A stretch of DNA of 64,000 bases, taken from the NCBI GenBank assembly GCA_964004625.1, contig CAXFOB010000039.1:84087-148086 (forward strand), in the 5' to 3' direction. Of the stretch, positions 36,739-45,856 are shown in pieces. Within the stretch, counting starts at the first letter, position 1, and each line of letters starts with the position of its first letter. Source of the DNA: an uncultured Flavobacteriales bacterium. GTDB taxonomy: Bacteria; Bacteroidota; Bacteroidia; Flavobacteriales; BACL11. The notes below the pieces were generated by a model. It saw only the letters and a program-made list of their open reading frames with translations, did no database searches and was not told the origin of the DNA. Both the position numbers and the translations under genes were made by a program.

Positions 36739-37572
36739 TTAAAGTAAAATTTGCCAAGCATCCTCAGACTTTCCCTCTTTTAAAAGTCGCTTTGCTTTTT
36801 TGTGTTTCTCAGTTGTATTTAAATTATTTTCTTCTGATTTTTTATCAGGAACGCTTTCAGCAGACGCTAAAATTGCCAATTCACTTCCTGTTAGTATTTT
36901 AGAATTCCTAATATTTTCTGGTAAGTTGTCAATTCCCATTCCTATTCTAGAAATAGGTTTTACAATTTCATATAATGATTCCTTTGTAGTTTTTCCATAC
37001 CAATTTGATCCTAAACGGCTAACAATATTTAATTTAAATGGATCAATTACATTATTCTCACCTAAAATAGATTCATCTATGTGCATTTTTAGAACCTCGC
37101 ACAATACCAAACTTCCAGCACCTCCTTCCTCTCCTAGATGGATGACATCATTTACTTTACATTCAAAATTTATTGGAGACTCTTTTACTCTTGGAGGGTT
37201 GACTAAATCTGAATTTACCTCAGTAAAACCTGCTTTCTCAAATTCGTTTGTTTCCGCATCAAATTCGCAAGACGATAAGGAGACTTGTTGAGCAATATTT
37301 TTTGTAACTAAAGAAATAACACACTCTTTTACTTGTAATACATTGTCTAATGTATGTTTTGAGGTATTGTTTCTTACTCTTCTTACAGGAGAAAAAATTA
37401 AAATAGGAGGATTAATAGAAAAGACATTAAAAAAGGAAAAAGGACTTAAGTTTTTATTTCCATTTTGATCAACAGTACTTACAAATGCGATAGGTCTTGG
37501 TGTTATTGCAGCAGAAAGGTATTGATACAATCCGGTTGTCTCTCCTGAAACTACATCTATTGTTTTTATCAT
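36739..37572 (-). CDS. flavin reductase-like domain protein with a C-terminal extension of about 70 aa
   Basis: ITPRPIAFVSTVDQNGNKNLSPFSFFN is the FMN-binding split-barrel signature. An ATGA overlap joins it to the upstream FAH-family gene. Confidence 0.75.
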   Translation of the reverse strand: MIKTIDVVSGETTGLYQYLSAAITPRPIAFVSTVDQNGNKNLSPFSFFNVFSINPPILIFSPVRRVRNNTSKHTLDNVLQVKECVISLVTKNIAQQVSLSSCEFDAETNEFEKAGFTEVNSDLVNPPRVKESPINFECKVNDVIHLGEEGGAGSLVLCEVLKMHIDESILGENNVIDPFKLNIVSRLGSNWYGKTTKESLYEIVKPISRIGMGIDNLPENIRNSKILTGSELAILASAESVPDKKSEENNLNTTEKHKKAKRLLKEGKSEDAWQILL

Positions 37573-38546
37573 TTTTTAAGTTTTAGTATGGAATGATTGC
37601 TGTCAGATTTGACAATTTTATTTGTAATTTTTCCTAATCCTTCAATTTGCATTTCTATCTCATCGTTTTCTTCTATCCACCTTTCTTTATACCCTGGATT
37701 GTTTCTTTTTTTAGTGCCATTTAACTCTAACAAACATCCTTTTCCAACAGTACCTGATCCTATTATATCACCAGGAAATAATTCAACACCATAGGAAGCC
37801 CTCTCAATGATTTCGGAAAAACTCCAATTCATATCTCTTGCATTTCCTTCAGAAAGTAATTCTCCATTTACATAACAACTCATCCTTAAATCGTATCTCT
37901 TTCCAGTTTTACTATCAACGCTTCTTGGTTCTAATTCATCAGGAGTTACTAAATAAGGCCCAATGACATTTGCAAAATCTTTTCCTTTTGCAGGACCTAA
38001 ATTCAATTTCATTTCTTCCAGTTGTAATTTTCTAGCACTTAAATCATTTAAAATACAGAACCCTGCAATATGATTTTCCGCATCTTTTGATAATATATTT
38101 CTGCCTCCTTTTCCTATGACTATCGCAAATTCGAGTTCATAATCTAATTTTTGAAAATGGTCTGGCATAAGCTCTATTTCTTGACCATCTCCATACATAG
38201 CGTTGTGATTTGAGAAGTAAAAAACAGGGAACTCATCAAATTCAGGAATCATTTCAACCCCTCTATTTTTTCTGGATGTTTCTACATGCTGTCTAAATGC
38301 ATATGCGTCTCTAAATGAATTTGGTTTTGGAATAGTTGGTAATATTTCTATATCCTCAATATCATGTTTTAAACAACTCTCATTACAAATAAAATTAGCT
38401 ACTTTGTCTTGATAATTTTCAATTTGAATCAAATCTATTAAGCAAATATCTCCAAAACAATTATTTAAATTATACACTAACGGATTTTGAAAAACTCCTA
38501 TCTGTTCTGTATCTAGATTCTTTATTTTATAAGTAAGTAATTTCAT
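37569..38546 (-). CDS. fumarylacetoacetate hydrolase (FAH) family protein, short 325-aa type
   Basis: C-terminal FAH domain: LDYELEFAIVIGKGG...GFCILNDLSAR...GPAKGKDF...GPYLVTPDE...GDIIGSGT. Confidence 0.8.
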   Translation of the reverse strand: MKLLTYKIKNLDTEQIGVFQNPLVYNLNNCFGDICLIDLIQIENYQDKVANFICNESCLKHDIEDIEILPTIPKPNSFRDAYAFRQHVETSRKNRGVEMIPEFDEFPVFYFSNHNAMYGDGQEIELMPDHFQKLDYELEFAIVIGKGGRNILSKDAENHIAGFCILNDLSARKLQLEEMKLNLGPAKGKDFANVIGPYLVTPDELEPRSVDSKTGKRYDLRMSCYVNGELLSEGNARDMNWSFSEIIERASYGVELFPGDIIGSGTVGKGCLLELNGTKKRNNPGYKERWIEENDEIEMQIEGLGKITNKIVKSDSNHSILKLKK

Positions 38547-38555
38547 TTACTATTG

Positions 38556-38563
38556 CAAAATTA
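38556..38563 (-). promoter_or_regulatory. -7 promoter box for the FAH / flavin reductase / sulfotransferase operon
   Basis: TAATTTTG on the - strand. 9 nt separate its G from the ATG at 38546. Confidence 0.5.
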
Positions 38564-38615
38564 TCATTTTTATTTTACGGAAGTTATAAAACATACTTTG
38601 TTTATTTATTAGTCC

Positions 38616-38623
38616 TATATTTG
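38616..38623 (+). promoter_or_regulatory. -7 promoter box for hmgA-hppD-bcp
   Basis: TATATTTG. 15 nt separate its G from the ATG at 38639. The ORF-track TTG start at 38621 lies inside this box. Confidence 0.5.
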
Positions 38624-38638
38624 CATAAAAATAACAAA

Positions 38639-39793
38639 ATGCCAAGATATCATAAATTAGGTAAAATACCACATAAAAGGCATACTACCTTTAGAAAAGA
38701 GGATGGAAACATTCATTATGAGGAACTGTTTGGAACAATTGGTTTTGATGGGATGTCTTCTTTATTGTACCATATACATAGGCCTACTCAGGTTAAAGAG
38801 ATAAAATCATCTTACTCGCTAGCTCCAGAAATTGCGGTGGAGAAAAATTTAAAATCTTATTTACTTAAGGGGTTTAACACTCCTAAGTTAGCAGATCATC
38901 TAAAAAGTAGAATTTCGATATTAATTAATAATGACGTCAATATTTTACTTTCAGCTCCAACTAATTTGGAAGAAGATTATTTTTATAAAAATACGGACGG
39001 AGATGAAGTGATTTTTGTACATAAAGGTACAGGTACACTTAGATCTTTTGTCGGAAATATTAATTTTAAAGAAGGTGATTATTTAGTCATTCCTAGAGGA
39101 ATGATTTATACCATGAAGTTTGACACACCTGAGAATAGGTTGTTTATTGTAGAATCTTACACTCCAGTTTATACACCAAAGAGATATAGAAATTATTTCG
39201 GTCAGTTGTTAGAGCATTCTCCTTATTGCGAAAGAGATTTAAGATTTCCAGAAGAATTAGAAACACATGATGAAAAGGGAGATTTTTTGATAAAAATAAA
39301 AAAAGAACAAATGATTCATGAGTATATTTATGCTTCACACCCTTTTGACGTTGTGGGTTGTGACGGATATAATTTCCCTTATGCTTTTTCTATTCATGAT
39401 TTTGAACCTATTACAGGAAGGGTTCATCAGCCTCCTCCAGTGCATCAAACTTTTGAAACAGATAGATTTGTAATCTGCTCTTTCTGCCCTAGATTATATG
39501 ATTATCATCCAGAATCTATACCAGCACCATATAATCATTCTAATATTGATTCGGATGAAGTGTTGTATTATGTAGATGGAGATTTTATGAGCAGGAATCA
39601 TGTTGAGGAAGGTTACATTTCTTTGCACCCAGCGGGAATTCCTCATGGACCACATCCAGGTGCCGCTGAAAGGAGTATTGGACAAACAAAAACTGATGAA
39701 TTAGCTGTTATGGTTGATACTTTTGCTCCATTAAAGATTACAAAGAACGCAATAGGTTTATCAGATGGAAAGTATTATAAATCATGGATATAA
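38639..39793 (+). CDS. hmgA: homogentisate 1,2-dioxygenase
   Basis: MPRYHKLGKIPHKRHTTF... matches the bacterial HmgA N-terminus. Cupin core with HPAGIPHGPHPG. About 384 aa from the ATG at 38639. Confidence 0.88.
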   Translation: MPRYHKLGKIPHKRHTTFRKEDGNIHYEELFGTIGFDGMSSLLYHIHRPTQVKEIKSSYSLAPEIAVEKNLKSYLLKGFNTPKLADHLKSRISILINNDVNILLSAPTNLEEDYFYKNTDGDEVIFVHKGTGTLRSFVGNINFKEGDYLVIPRGMIYTMKFDTPENRLFIVESYTPVYTPKRYRNYFGQLLEHSPYCERDLRFPEELETHDEKGDFLIKIKKEQMIHEYIYASHPFDVVGCDGYNFPYAFSIHDFEPITGRVHQPPPVHQTFETDRFVICSFCPRLYDYHPESIPAPYNHSNIDSDEVLYYVDGDFMSRNHVEEGYISLHPAGIPHGPHPGAAERSIGQTKTDELAVMVDTFAPLKITKNAIGLSDGKYYKSWI

Positions 39794-39805
39794 TATATAA
39801 AATTT

Positions 39806-40963
39806 ATGAGTGAAATAAAAAATACTGAACACAACATAGAAAAAATATTCAAAGAAGCGCAAGATTTCTTGCCACTTCTTGGTACAGATTATGTAGAGTT
39901 TTATGTCGGAAATGCAAAACAATCAGCTTACTTTTTTAAAACCGCTTTTGGTTTTCAATCATTCGCTTACAAGGGTCTTGAAACTGGAAGTACAGATGTA
40001 ACTTCTTATGTCTTGATTCAGGATAAAATAAAAATTGTTTTGACTACTCCATTAAATTCAAAATCTATTGTTAATGATCATTTAAAAAAACATGGAGATG
40101 GTGTTAAAGTAATCGCTTTATGGGTAGATGATGCAAGAAAATCTTGGAATGAAACAACGAGTAGGGGAGCTAAATCATATATGGAGCCCACAATAGAGAA
40201 AGATAATTATGGAGAGGTGATAAGATCAGGAATTTATACTTATGGGGAAACTGTACATATTTTTGTTGAAAGAAAAAATTATGAAGGTCTTTTTCTTCCA
40301 GGATATGAAGAGTGGAAATCTGAATATAACCCAACATCAACAGGTCTGAAATATATTGATCATATGGTTGGTAATGTGGGGTGGAATCAAATGGATAAAT
40401 GGGTAAAATATTATGAAGACGTAATGGGTTTTGTTAATTTTTTATCTTTTGATGATAAACAGATAACTACAGAATATTCAGCTTTAATGAGTAAAGTCAT
40501 GAGCAATGGAAATGGACGTATAAAATTTCCAATAAATGAGCCAGCGGAAGGTAAAAGAAAATCACAAATTGAAGAATATTTAGATTTTTATGAAAGTCCA
40601 GGAGTTCAACATATTGCTATGGCTACAGATGATATAATTACTACAGTAAGTGAATTGCGAGACAGAGGAATAGAATTTCTATCTGTTCCACCAGATGAAT
40701 ATTATAAAGCTGTTCCTTTAAGACTTCAGGAACATAATCATGAACTAAAAGAAGATATAAACACTTTAAAAACACTTGGAATTTTAATTGATGCTGATGA
40801 GGAAGGATATTTATTACAAATATTTACTAAGCCTTTACAAGACCGGCCTACATTGTTTTTTGAAATCATTCAGAGAATGGGAGCAAAGGGATTTGGAGCT
40901 GGTAATTTTAAAGCATTATTTGAAGCAATAGAAAGAGAACAAGAAAAAAGAGGAACACTATAA
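39806..40963 (+). CDS. hppD: 4-hydroxyphenylpyruvate dioxygenase
   Basis: Two VOC barrels. DHMVGNV, GVQHIAMATDDI, LLQIFTKP and FFEIIQR...GFGAGNFKALFEAIEREQ are hallmark HppD motifs. Confidence 0.92.
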   Translation: MSEIKNTEHNIEKIFKEAQDFLPLLGTDYVEFYVGNAKQSAYFFKTAFGFQSFAYKGLETGSTDVTSYVLIQDKIKIVLTTPLNSKSIVNDHLKKHGDGVKVIALWVDDARKSWNETTSRGAKSYMEPTIEKDNYGEVIRSGIYTYGETVHIFVERKNYEGLFLPGYEEWKSEYNPTSTGLKYIDHMVGNVGWNQMDKWVKYYEDVMGFVNFLSFDDKQITTEYSALMSKVMSNGNGRIKFPINEPAEGKRKSQIEEYLDFYESPGVQHIAMATDDIITTVSELRDRGIEFLSVPPDEYYKAVPLRLQEHNHELKEDINTLKTLGILIDADEEGYLLQIFTKPLQDRPTLFFEIIQRMGAKGFGAGNFKALFEAIEREQEKRGTL

Positions 40964-40965
40964 TT

Positions 40966-41418
40966 ATGATAAAAATTGGAGACAAAGCACCGGAAATAAA
41001 CTCTATTGATCAAAATGGAGAAAAGATAACTTTAAAACAATTTCTTGGAAAGAAAATTATTTTATACTTCTATCCAAAAGACATGACACCAGGATGTACA
41101 GCTCAGTCTTGTAATTTAAGAGATAATTACCACGAGCTTTTAGACAATGGTTATGTGGTATTAGGATGTTCTGCAGACAGCTTAGAAAGACACCAAAAAT
41201 TTATTGAAAAATACGATTTGCCTTTTCCACTTATTTCAGACGAAAGTAAAGAAGTGTTAAATGCTTATGGTGTTTGGGGACTTAAAAAGTTTATGGGGAA
41301 GGAATACATGGGAATTATGCGTACTACTTTTGTGATTGATGAGAATGGAATTATTGAAGATATTATCACAAAAGTAAAAACTAAAGATCATACTCAACAG
41401 ATTTTGAGAAAATTATAG
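40966..41418 (+). CDS. bcp: thioredoxin-dependent thiol peroxidase (Bcp-type peroxiredoxin)
   Basis: YFYPKDMTPGCTAQSC active site. Length 150 aa. Lies 2 nt after the hppD stop. Confidence 0.9.
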   Translation: MIKIGDKAPEINSIDQNGEKITLKQFLGKKIILYFYPKDMTPGCTAQSCNLRDNYHELLDNGYVVLGCSADSLERHQKFIEKYDLPFPLISDESKEVLNAYGVWGLKKFMGKEYMGIMRTTFVIDENGIIEDIITKVKTKDHTQQILRKL

Positions 41419-41430
41419 AAGAATAACAAA

Positions 41431-42477
41431 ATGAAAATCCCATTACTAGTTTTACTATTATTCCCTTTACTTCTTAGTTCTCAGGATAAGATATATACTA
41501 AAGACAATGTATTTATGGGTTATGAAGAGGATTTAGTAAATGCATGTGTTAATGGAGCTAATGATGTCTTAAATATTGGAGGTAATAATATAGCTATGAA
41601 AGATTATTGTAGTTGCGTTATGAATAGTTTAATGCCTAATTTGTATTCTTGGGAAATAGAAGAAGCTGCTAAAAACAATACTATGAAGGAGTTGTTTATT
41701 AAAGACAAAAATTTAACTTATATAATGGATTGTATCGACCCAATTATGGAATCAGATGTATTAGATAATTATAATTATGGAGATCAGGACTTTTCAGATT
41801 ATGATAAATCTATTATGATAAAAGGATGTGTTGAGGTAGCTATGTCTGAAGAAGGATTGGGAGACTTATATGGGCTTACATATGAAGATATTTATAATTA
41901 TTGTAGTTGTTCCATTAATAAGTTTGTTGCTTTAGGATATAATTTTGGTCAGCTAAAATTAATTGAAGATGAAAGTAGTGAAGTATTTAATGAAGTTACT
42001 ATTCCGTGTATGGAAGAGATTTTGTCCGATAATGAAAGTAGTTCAGAGTATATAAATTCATATGTTTCAACAGATATTATAGGATACAAACGATCTTCTA
42101 CAATTGAATTAGTTGATTATTTTAATTCATTGTATAAGATTAAAATTGAAATTGGAGGAATTGTGAAGTATTTCACATTTGATACTGGCGCTTCAGATCT
42201 TGTAATTAGTACCGATATGGCAATTGATTTAATAAAAAAAGGAGTAATTGAAGAGGATGACTTTTTAGGTGAAGAACCCTATACTTTAGCAGATAACAGT
42301 ATTGTCTTGGCCGAAATAGTTAGATTAGACGGTATCATTATTGGTGATTATACTTTAAACAATGTAATTGTTGCTGTGATTGAAGATGGAAGTTTGTTAT
42401 GTGGAGTAGGAATACTTAATAAATTCAAAAATTGGGAATTAAATCAAAATCCAAGTAGTTTAACTCTTTATAAATAG
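41431..42477 (+). CDS. secreted retropepsin-like (single-lobe) aspartic protease with a duplicated Cys-rich N-terminal module
   Basis: Signal peptide MKIPLLVLLLFPLLLSSQ. FTFDTGASDLVIS (D-T-G-A catalytic motif) and the later LLCGVGILNKF. The N-terminal 200 aa hold two similar halves, each with four Cys including a CSC pair. Confidence 0.65.
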   Translation: MKIPLLVLLLFPLLLSSQDKIYTKDNVFMGYEEDLVNACVNGANDVLNIGGNNIAMKDYCSCVMNSLMPNLYSWEIEEAAKNNTMKELFIKDKNLTYIMDCIDPIMESDVLDNYNYGDQDFSDYDKSIMIKGCVEVAMSEEGLGDLYGLTYEDIYNYCSCSINKFVALGYNFGQLKLIEDESSEVFNEVTIPCMEEILSDNESSSEYINSYVSTDIIGYKRSSTIELVDYFNSLYKIKIEIGGIVKYFTFDTGASDLVISTDMAIDLIKKGVIEEDDFLGEEPYTLADNSIVLAEIVRLDGIIIGDYTLNNVIVAVIEDGSLLCGVGILNKFKNWELNQNPSSLTLYK

Positions 42478-42485
42478 TTAAATTG

Positions 42486-42572
42486 CAGTGAGGAAGGGAT
42501 TCGAACCCCCGAAACGATTTCTCGTTTACACGCTTTCCAAGCGTGCGCCTTAAGCCACTCGGCCACCTCACT
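42486..42572 (-). tRNA. tRNA-Ser (anticodon GGA), 87 nt, CCA not encoded
   Basis: The reverse complement AGTGAGGTGGCCGAGTGGCTTAAGGCGCACGCTTGGAAAGCGTGTAAACGAGAAATCGTTTCGGGGGTTCGAATCCCTTCCTCACTG folds as a cloverleaf. It has a 7-bp acceptor stem, anticodon stem CACGC/GCGTG with loop TTGGAAA, a long variable arm AACGA-GAAA-TCGTT, and T-loop TTCGAAT. Confidence 0.92.
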
Positions 42573-42582
42573 AATTATTTTG

Positions 42583-42590
42583 CAAATCTA
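42583..42590 (-). promoter_or_regulatory. -7 promoter box for tRNA-Ser
   Basis: TAGATTTG on the - strand. 10 nt lie between its G and the mature tRNA 5' end at 42572. Confidence 0.55.
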
Positions 42591-42597
42591 TTAAAAT

Positions 42598-43596
42598 TTA
42601 GTTGCTAATTTCTCCTCTTAAAGATTTTATAAAAAGAGATTTCTTTTCTCCCAAGCTTGTACAAATTCCATCCAAATGCATAAGTTTAGTAATAGCAGAT
42701 TCACTAGTCATATTTTTAGCACTAATCACACCAATTTTATTTAGATCTGAGCTTGTTTCGTATTTTCCTTGTGTAACCTCTCCTGATAAACATTGACTAC
42801 AATTTACAATAAAAACTCCTTTATTTATTGCTGTTTTTAAGGATGTAATAAACCACTCTTTATTTGTTGCATTTCCAGACCCGAATGTTTCTAAAACAAT
42901 ATTATTTGCAGAGTTTAAAACTGAAGAAACTACCTTTTCTGTTATGCCTGGAAATAACTTTAGTACCGCTACATCTTCCGAAAAATTAGTTTGTATATTT
43001 AATTCCTTCTGATTAGATGTAAAAAAGTAATTACTATTGTATTTTATATGTATACCTACGTCTGCTAAAGTTGGGAAATTAGGAGAGTTAAAGGCTTCAA
43101 ATTGTTCTGAATTTACTTTTACAGTACGGTTTCCTCTCAGTAATTTATCTTCAAAATATACACAAACTTCTTTTATTTTTCCGCTAGCCGCTATTTCAAT
43201 AGAAGTGATAAGATTTTCTTTTGCATCTGTTCTTCTTGCTCCAATTGGAATCTGACTTCCAGTTAGTATTACTGCTTTTTGTAATCCCTCCAACATAAAA
43301 CTAAGTGCAGAAGCAGTATATGCCATGGTATCCGACCCATGAAGAACTACAAAACCATGCATCACCGTATAGTTTTCTTTTATTATTTCAGTAATTTCTA
43401 TCCAATAATTTTTATCCATATTAGAGGAGTCAATAATCTTTTTTAAAGAGGTGTGATGCACTCTTAATTCCGGATTCTGCAATTCTGGTAAGGATGAGGT
43501 TAGTTTGTTAAAGTCAACCGCTTTTAAGGAATTGTTATTGGAATCTTTCTGCATTCCTATTGTCCCTCCGGTATAGATTAGTAAAATATTCTTCAT
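42598..43596 (-). CDS. ansA: type I (cytoplasmic) L-asparaginase
   Basis: LLIYTGGTIGM catalytic Thr motif and HGSDTMAYTASALS motif. Length 332 aa. Confidence 0.88.
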   Translation of the reverse strand: MKNILLIYTGGTIGMQKDSNNNSLKAVDFNKLTSSLPELQNPELRVHHTSLKKIIDSSNMDKNYWIEITEIIKENYTVMHGFVVLHGSDTMAYTASALSFMLEGLQKAVILTGSQIPIGARRTDAKENLITSIEIAASGKIKEVCVYFEDKLLRGNRTVKVNSEQFEAFNSPNFPTLADVGIHIKYNSNYFFTSNQKELNIQTNFSEDVAVLKLFPGITEKVVSSVLNSANNIVLETFGSGNATNKEWFITSLKTAINKGVFIVNCSQCLSGEVTQGKYETSSDLNKIGVISAKNMTSESAITKLMHLDGICTSLGEKKSLFIKSLRGEISN

Positions 43597-44369
43597 TATA
43601 TCTTAAATAAATTTTTTGCGTTAGATGAGGTAATTGTAGCTACCTCCTCCAAACTAATTCCTTTTAATTTTGATAGTTTCTCCGCAATATTAATAATATA
43701 TTTACTTTCGTTTCTTTTCCCTCTGTAAGGAGTAGGAGCAAGATAAGGAGCGTCTGTTTCGAGTATCAAATGTTTCATATCTATTTCTGAAATTGTTTTA
43801 TCCACTCCAGCATTTTTAAAAGTCAAAACTCCACCAATTCCTAAGTAGAAATTTCCCAAATTTATTACTCTTTCTGCATCTTCTACATTACCTGTAAAAC
43901 AATGAAATACTCCACTTAAATTATTGTCGTTCAACTCTTCAACAATCTTTATAGCGGGTATAAATGAATCTCTTACATGAATAGCGATAGGTAATTTATA
44001 TTTTTTGGCAAGATCTATCTGAAAACGAAATGCCTTTTTTTGTATGTTAAGCGTGCTTTTGTCCCAATACAAATCCAGTCCTATTTCTCCCACCGCAATA
44101 AAAGTTTCTTTTTCTAACATGTCTTTTACATGTAGTAATTCCTTTTCCATACTTTCTTTTTCTACATCACAAGGATGTAATCCCATCATAGGATAACAAT
44201 TTTCAGGAAATCGACTACATAAATCTAACATAGAATCTGTGTGTTCAGAACTGATGTTTGGCAAAAACATTTTACTTACGCCACAATCAATTGCATTTTT
44301 CACAACATTGTTTCTGTCCTCATTAAATTGATGAGAATAAAGGTGTGCGTGAGTATCTATAAACTTCAT
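43596..44369 (-). CDS. TatD-family metal-dependent hydrolase/DNase
   Basis: FIDTHAHL N-terminal HxH, with later IAIHVRD, FHCFTG and ETDAPYL motifs. A TAATG overlap joins it to ansA. Confidence 0.88.
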   Translation of the reverse strand: MKFIDTHAHLYSHQFNEDRNNVVKNAIDCGVSKMFLPNISSEHTDSMLDLCSRFPENCYPMMGLHPCDVEKESMEKELLHVKDMLEKETFIAVGEIGLDLYWDKSTLNIQKKAFRFQIDLAKKYKLPIAIHVRDSFIPAIKIVEELNDNNLSGVFHCFTGNVEDAERVINLGNFYLGIGGVLTFKNAGVDKTISEIDMKHLILETDAPYLAPTPYRGKRNESKYIINIAEKLSKLKGISLEEVATITSSNAKNLFKI

Positions 44370-44373
44370 ACTG

Positions 44374-44381
44374 CAAAATTA
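44374..44381 (-). promoter_or_regulatory. -7 promoter box for tatD-ansA (near-leaderless geometry)
   Basis: TAATTTTG on the - strand. 4 nt separate its G from the ATG at 44369. Confidence 0.5.
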
Positions 44382-44406
44382 GGATAATTTCTTTAGTTTT
44401 ACACTC

Positions 44407-45357
44407 GTGCAAGAATCATTAAAAATATTAGTAATTCGATTTAGTTCTATTGGAGATATAGTCCTGACCACTCCTGTTGTTAGATGCTTAAAACAACAAC
44501 TACATACGGAACTGCATTTTGTTACAAAGAATGATTTTGTATCTTTAATAAGAAATAACCCAAATATTGATAAGGTTTATTCCATACAAGATTCTGTTGC
44601 TGAAATAAAAAAGGAAATACAATTAGAAAATTACGATTATATTATTGATCTACATTGTAATATTAGATCGTCACAAATCAAAAATTTAGGAAAGAAATCT
44701 CTAAGCTACAATAAACATAATTTTAAAAAATTCCTATTAACTTCATTTGGTATAAATCTATTACAAGACAAGCACACGATTGACAGATATTTAGATTCTG
44801 TTTTGAGTTTAGGAGTTAAAAACGATAATAAAGGTTTAGATTTTTTCTTTTCCAAGGAGGATGAGATTAATCTTTCTGTGTTCAACAATTCGTATGTTAC
44901 TTTTGCAATTGGAGGAAGTCATTTTACAAAAATATTACCTACAGATAAAATAATTCAAATCTGTAATAAACAACAAAAACAAATTGTTTTAATTGGAGGA
45001 AAAGACGATTATCACAGAGGAGAATCAATTGTAAAATCGTGTAATAATGTTGTAAACACTTGTGGGAAGTACAGCATTAATCAATCGGCTTATATTGTAA
45101 AAAATTCAGACCTTTTAATAACACATGATACAGGCATGATGCATATTGCATCTGCTTTCAGTATGAAAATTTATTCTGTATTTGGAGGCACTCAACCAAG
45201 TCTTGGTTTTTCTCCCTATTTACCAAATTCAGAAAGCAAAATTATAAAGGTAAATGACTTAAATTGTAGTCCTTGTCATAGATATGGAAAAAGCAAATGT
45301 CCAAAAGGACATTTCAATTGTATGAATAAGATAAATGTAGAGTTATTTACCGAATAA
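44407..45357 (+). CDS. glycosyltransferase family 9 protein (LPS heptosyltransferase-like)
   Basis: KILVIRFSSIGDIVLTTPVVRCLK N-terminus and a C-terminal GG...LITHDTGMMHIA motif. GTG start. A near-consensus box TAGTTTTA lies at 44394..44401. Confidence 0.8.
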   Translation: MQESLKILVIRFSSIGDIVLTTPVVRCLKQQLHTELHFVTKNDFVSLIRNNPNIDKVYSIQDSVAEIKKEIQLENYDYIIDLHCNIRSSQIKNLGKKSLSYNKHNFKKFLLTSFGINLLQDKHTIDRYLDSVLSLGVKNDNKGLDFFFSKEDEINLSVFNNSYVTFAIGGSHFTKILPTDKIIQICNKQQKQIVLIGGKDDYHRGESIVKSCNNVVNTCGKYSINQSAYIVKNSDLLITHDTGMMHIASAFSMKIYSVFGGTQPSLGFSPYLPNSESKIIKVNDLNCSPCHRYGKSKCPKGHFNCMNKINVELFTE

Positions 45358-45855
45358 TGCTTTTAGCTCAGTAGCGTCCTCTGCATTCATTTTACCCGCT
45401 AATATTAAAGATAGTTGTCTTCTTCTAAGTGCGGCATCAAATCGTTCCTTTTCTTTTTTTGTTTCAGGTGTTACTTCCGGAACAGCAGTAGGCTTATTCA
45501 TGTTTCCTACAGCAACAAATGTATAAATAGCTTCATTACATTTTGTTTTTATTCCAGACTGCATATCTTCTGTCCAAACATCAATTATTACTTCCATAGA
45601 TGAATTAAAAGATCGGGAAATGTTAGCTTCTAACGTAACAATACTTGCTTGTGGAATAGGATGTCCGAATGACACATTGTTTACAGATGCGGTTACACAG
45701 GTTCTTCCTGAATGCCTTTGAGCAGTAACAGCAGCTACTATATCCATCCAATGAAGGAGTCTGCCTCCCATTAAGTTCTTTAGATTATTTGTGTCGTTTG
45801 GTAAAACAATTTCCGTTTGAATTGTTTTTGATTCTGAAGGTGTTTTTGCAGTCAT
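45343..45855 (-). CDS. acyl-CoA thioesterase (hotdog fold)
   Basis: IVLPNDTNNLKNLMGGRLLHWMDIVAAVTAQRHSGRTCVTASVNNVSFGHPI is typical of YciA/Acot-type thioesterases. Confidence 0.8.
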   Translation of the reverse strand: MTAKTPSESKTIQTEIVLPNDTNNLKNLMGGRLLHWMDIVAAVTAQRHSGRTCVTASVNNVSFGHPIPQASIVTLEANISRSFNSSMEVIIDVWTEDMQSGIKTKCNEAIYTFVAVGNMNKPTAVPEVTPETKKEKERFDAALRRRQLSLILAGKMNAEDATELKALFGK

Positions 45856-45856
45856 A

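Noticed and set aside
36800-37291. 163-aa ORF antisense to the flavin-reductase-like gene
   Set aside because: It lies entirely inside a well-supported - strand gene. The peptide is Ser/Phe/Leu/Ile-rich, typical of an antisense frame in AT-rich coding DNA, and it has no promoter box or family motif.
38621-38638. ORF-track TTG start extending hmgA by 6 codons (MHKNNK)
   Set aside because: The TTG lies inside the exact -7 promoter box (38616..38623), so it cannot be transcribed as part of the mRNA from that promoter. The ATG at 38639 gives the canonical MPRYHKLG N-terminus.
42478-42597. tRNA-Ser as a possible genomic-island integration site
   Set aside because: No integrase is present and I noticed no duplicated copy of the tRNA 3' end nearby. 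The flanking genes (protease, ansA, tatD) look like ordinary chromosomal genes in a tightly packed arrangement.
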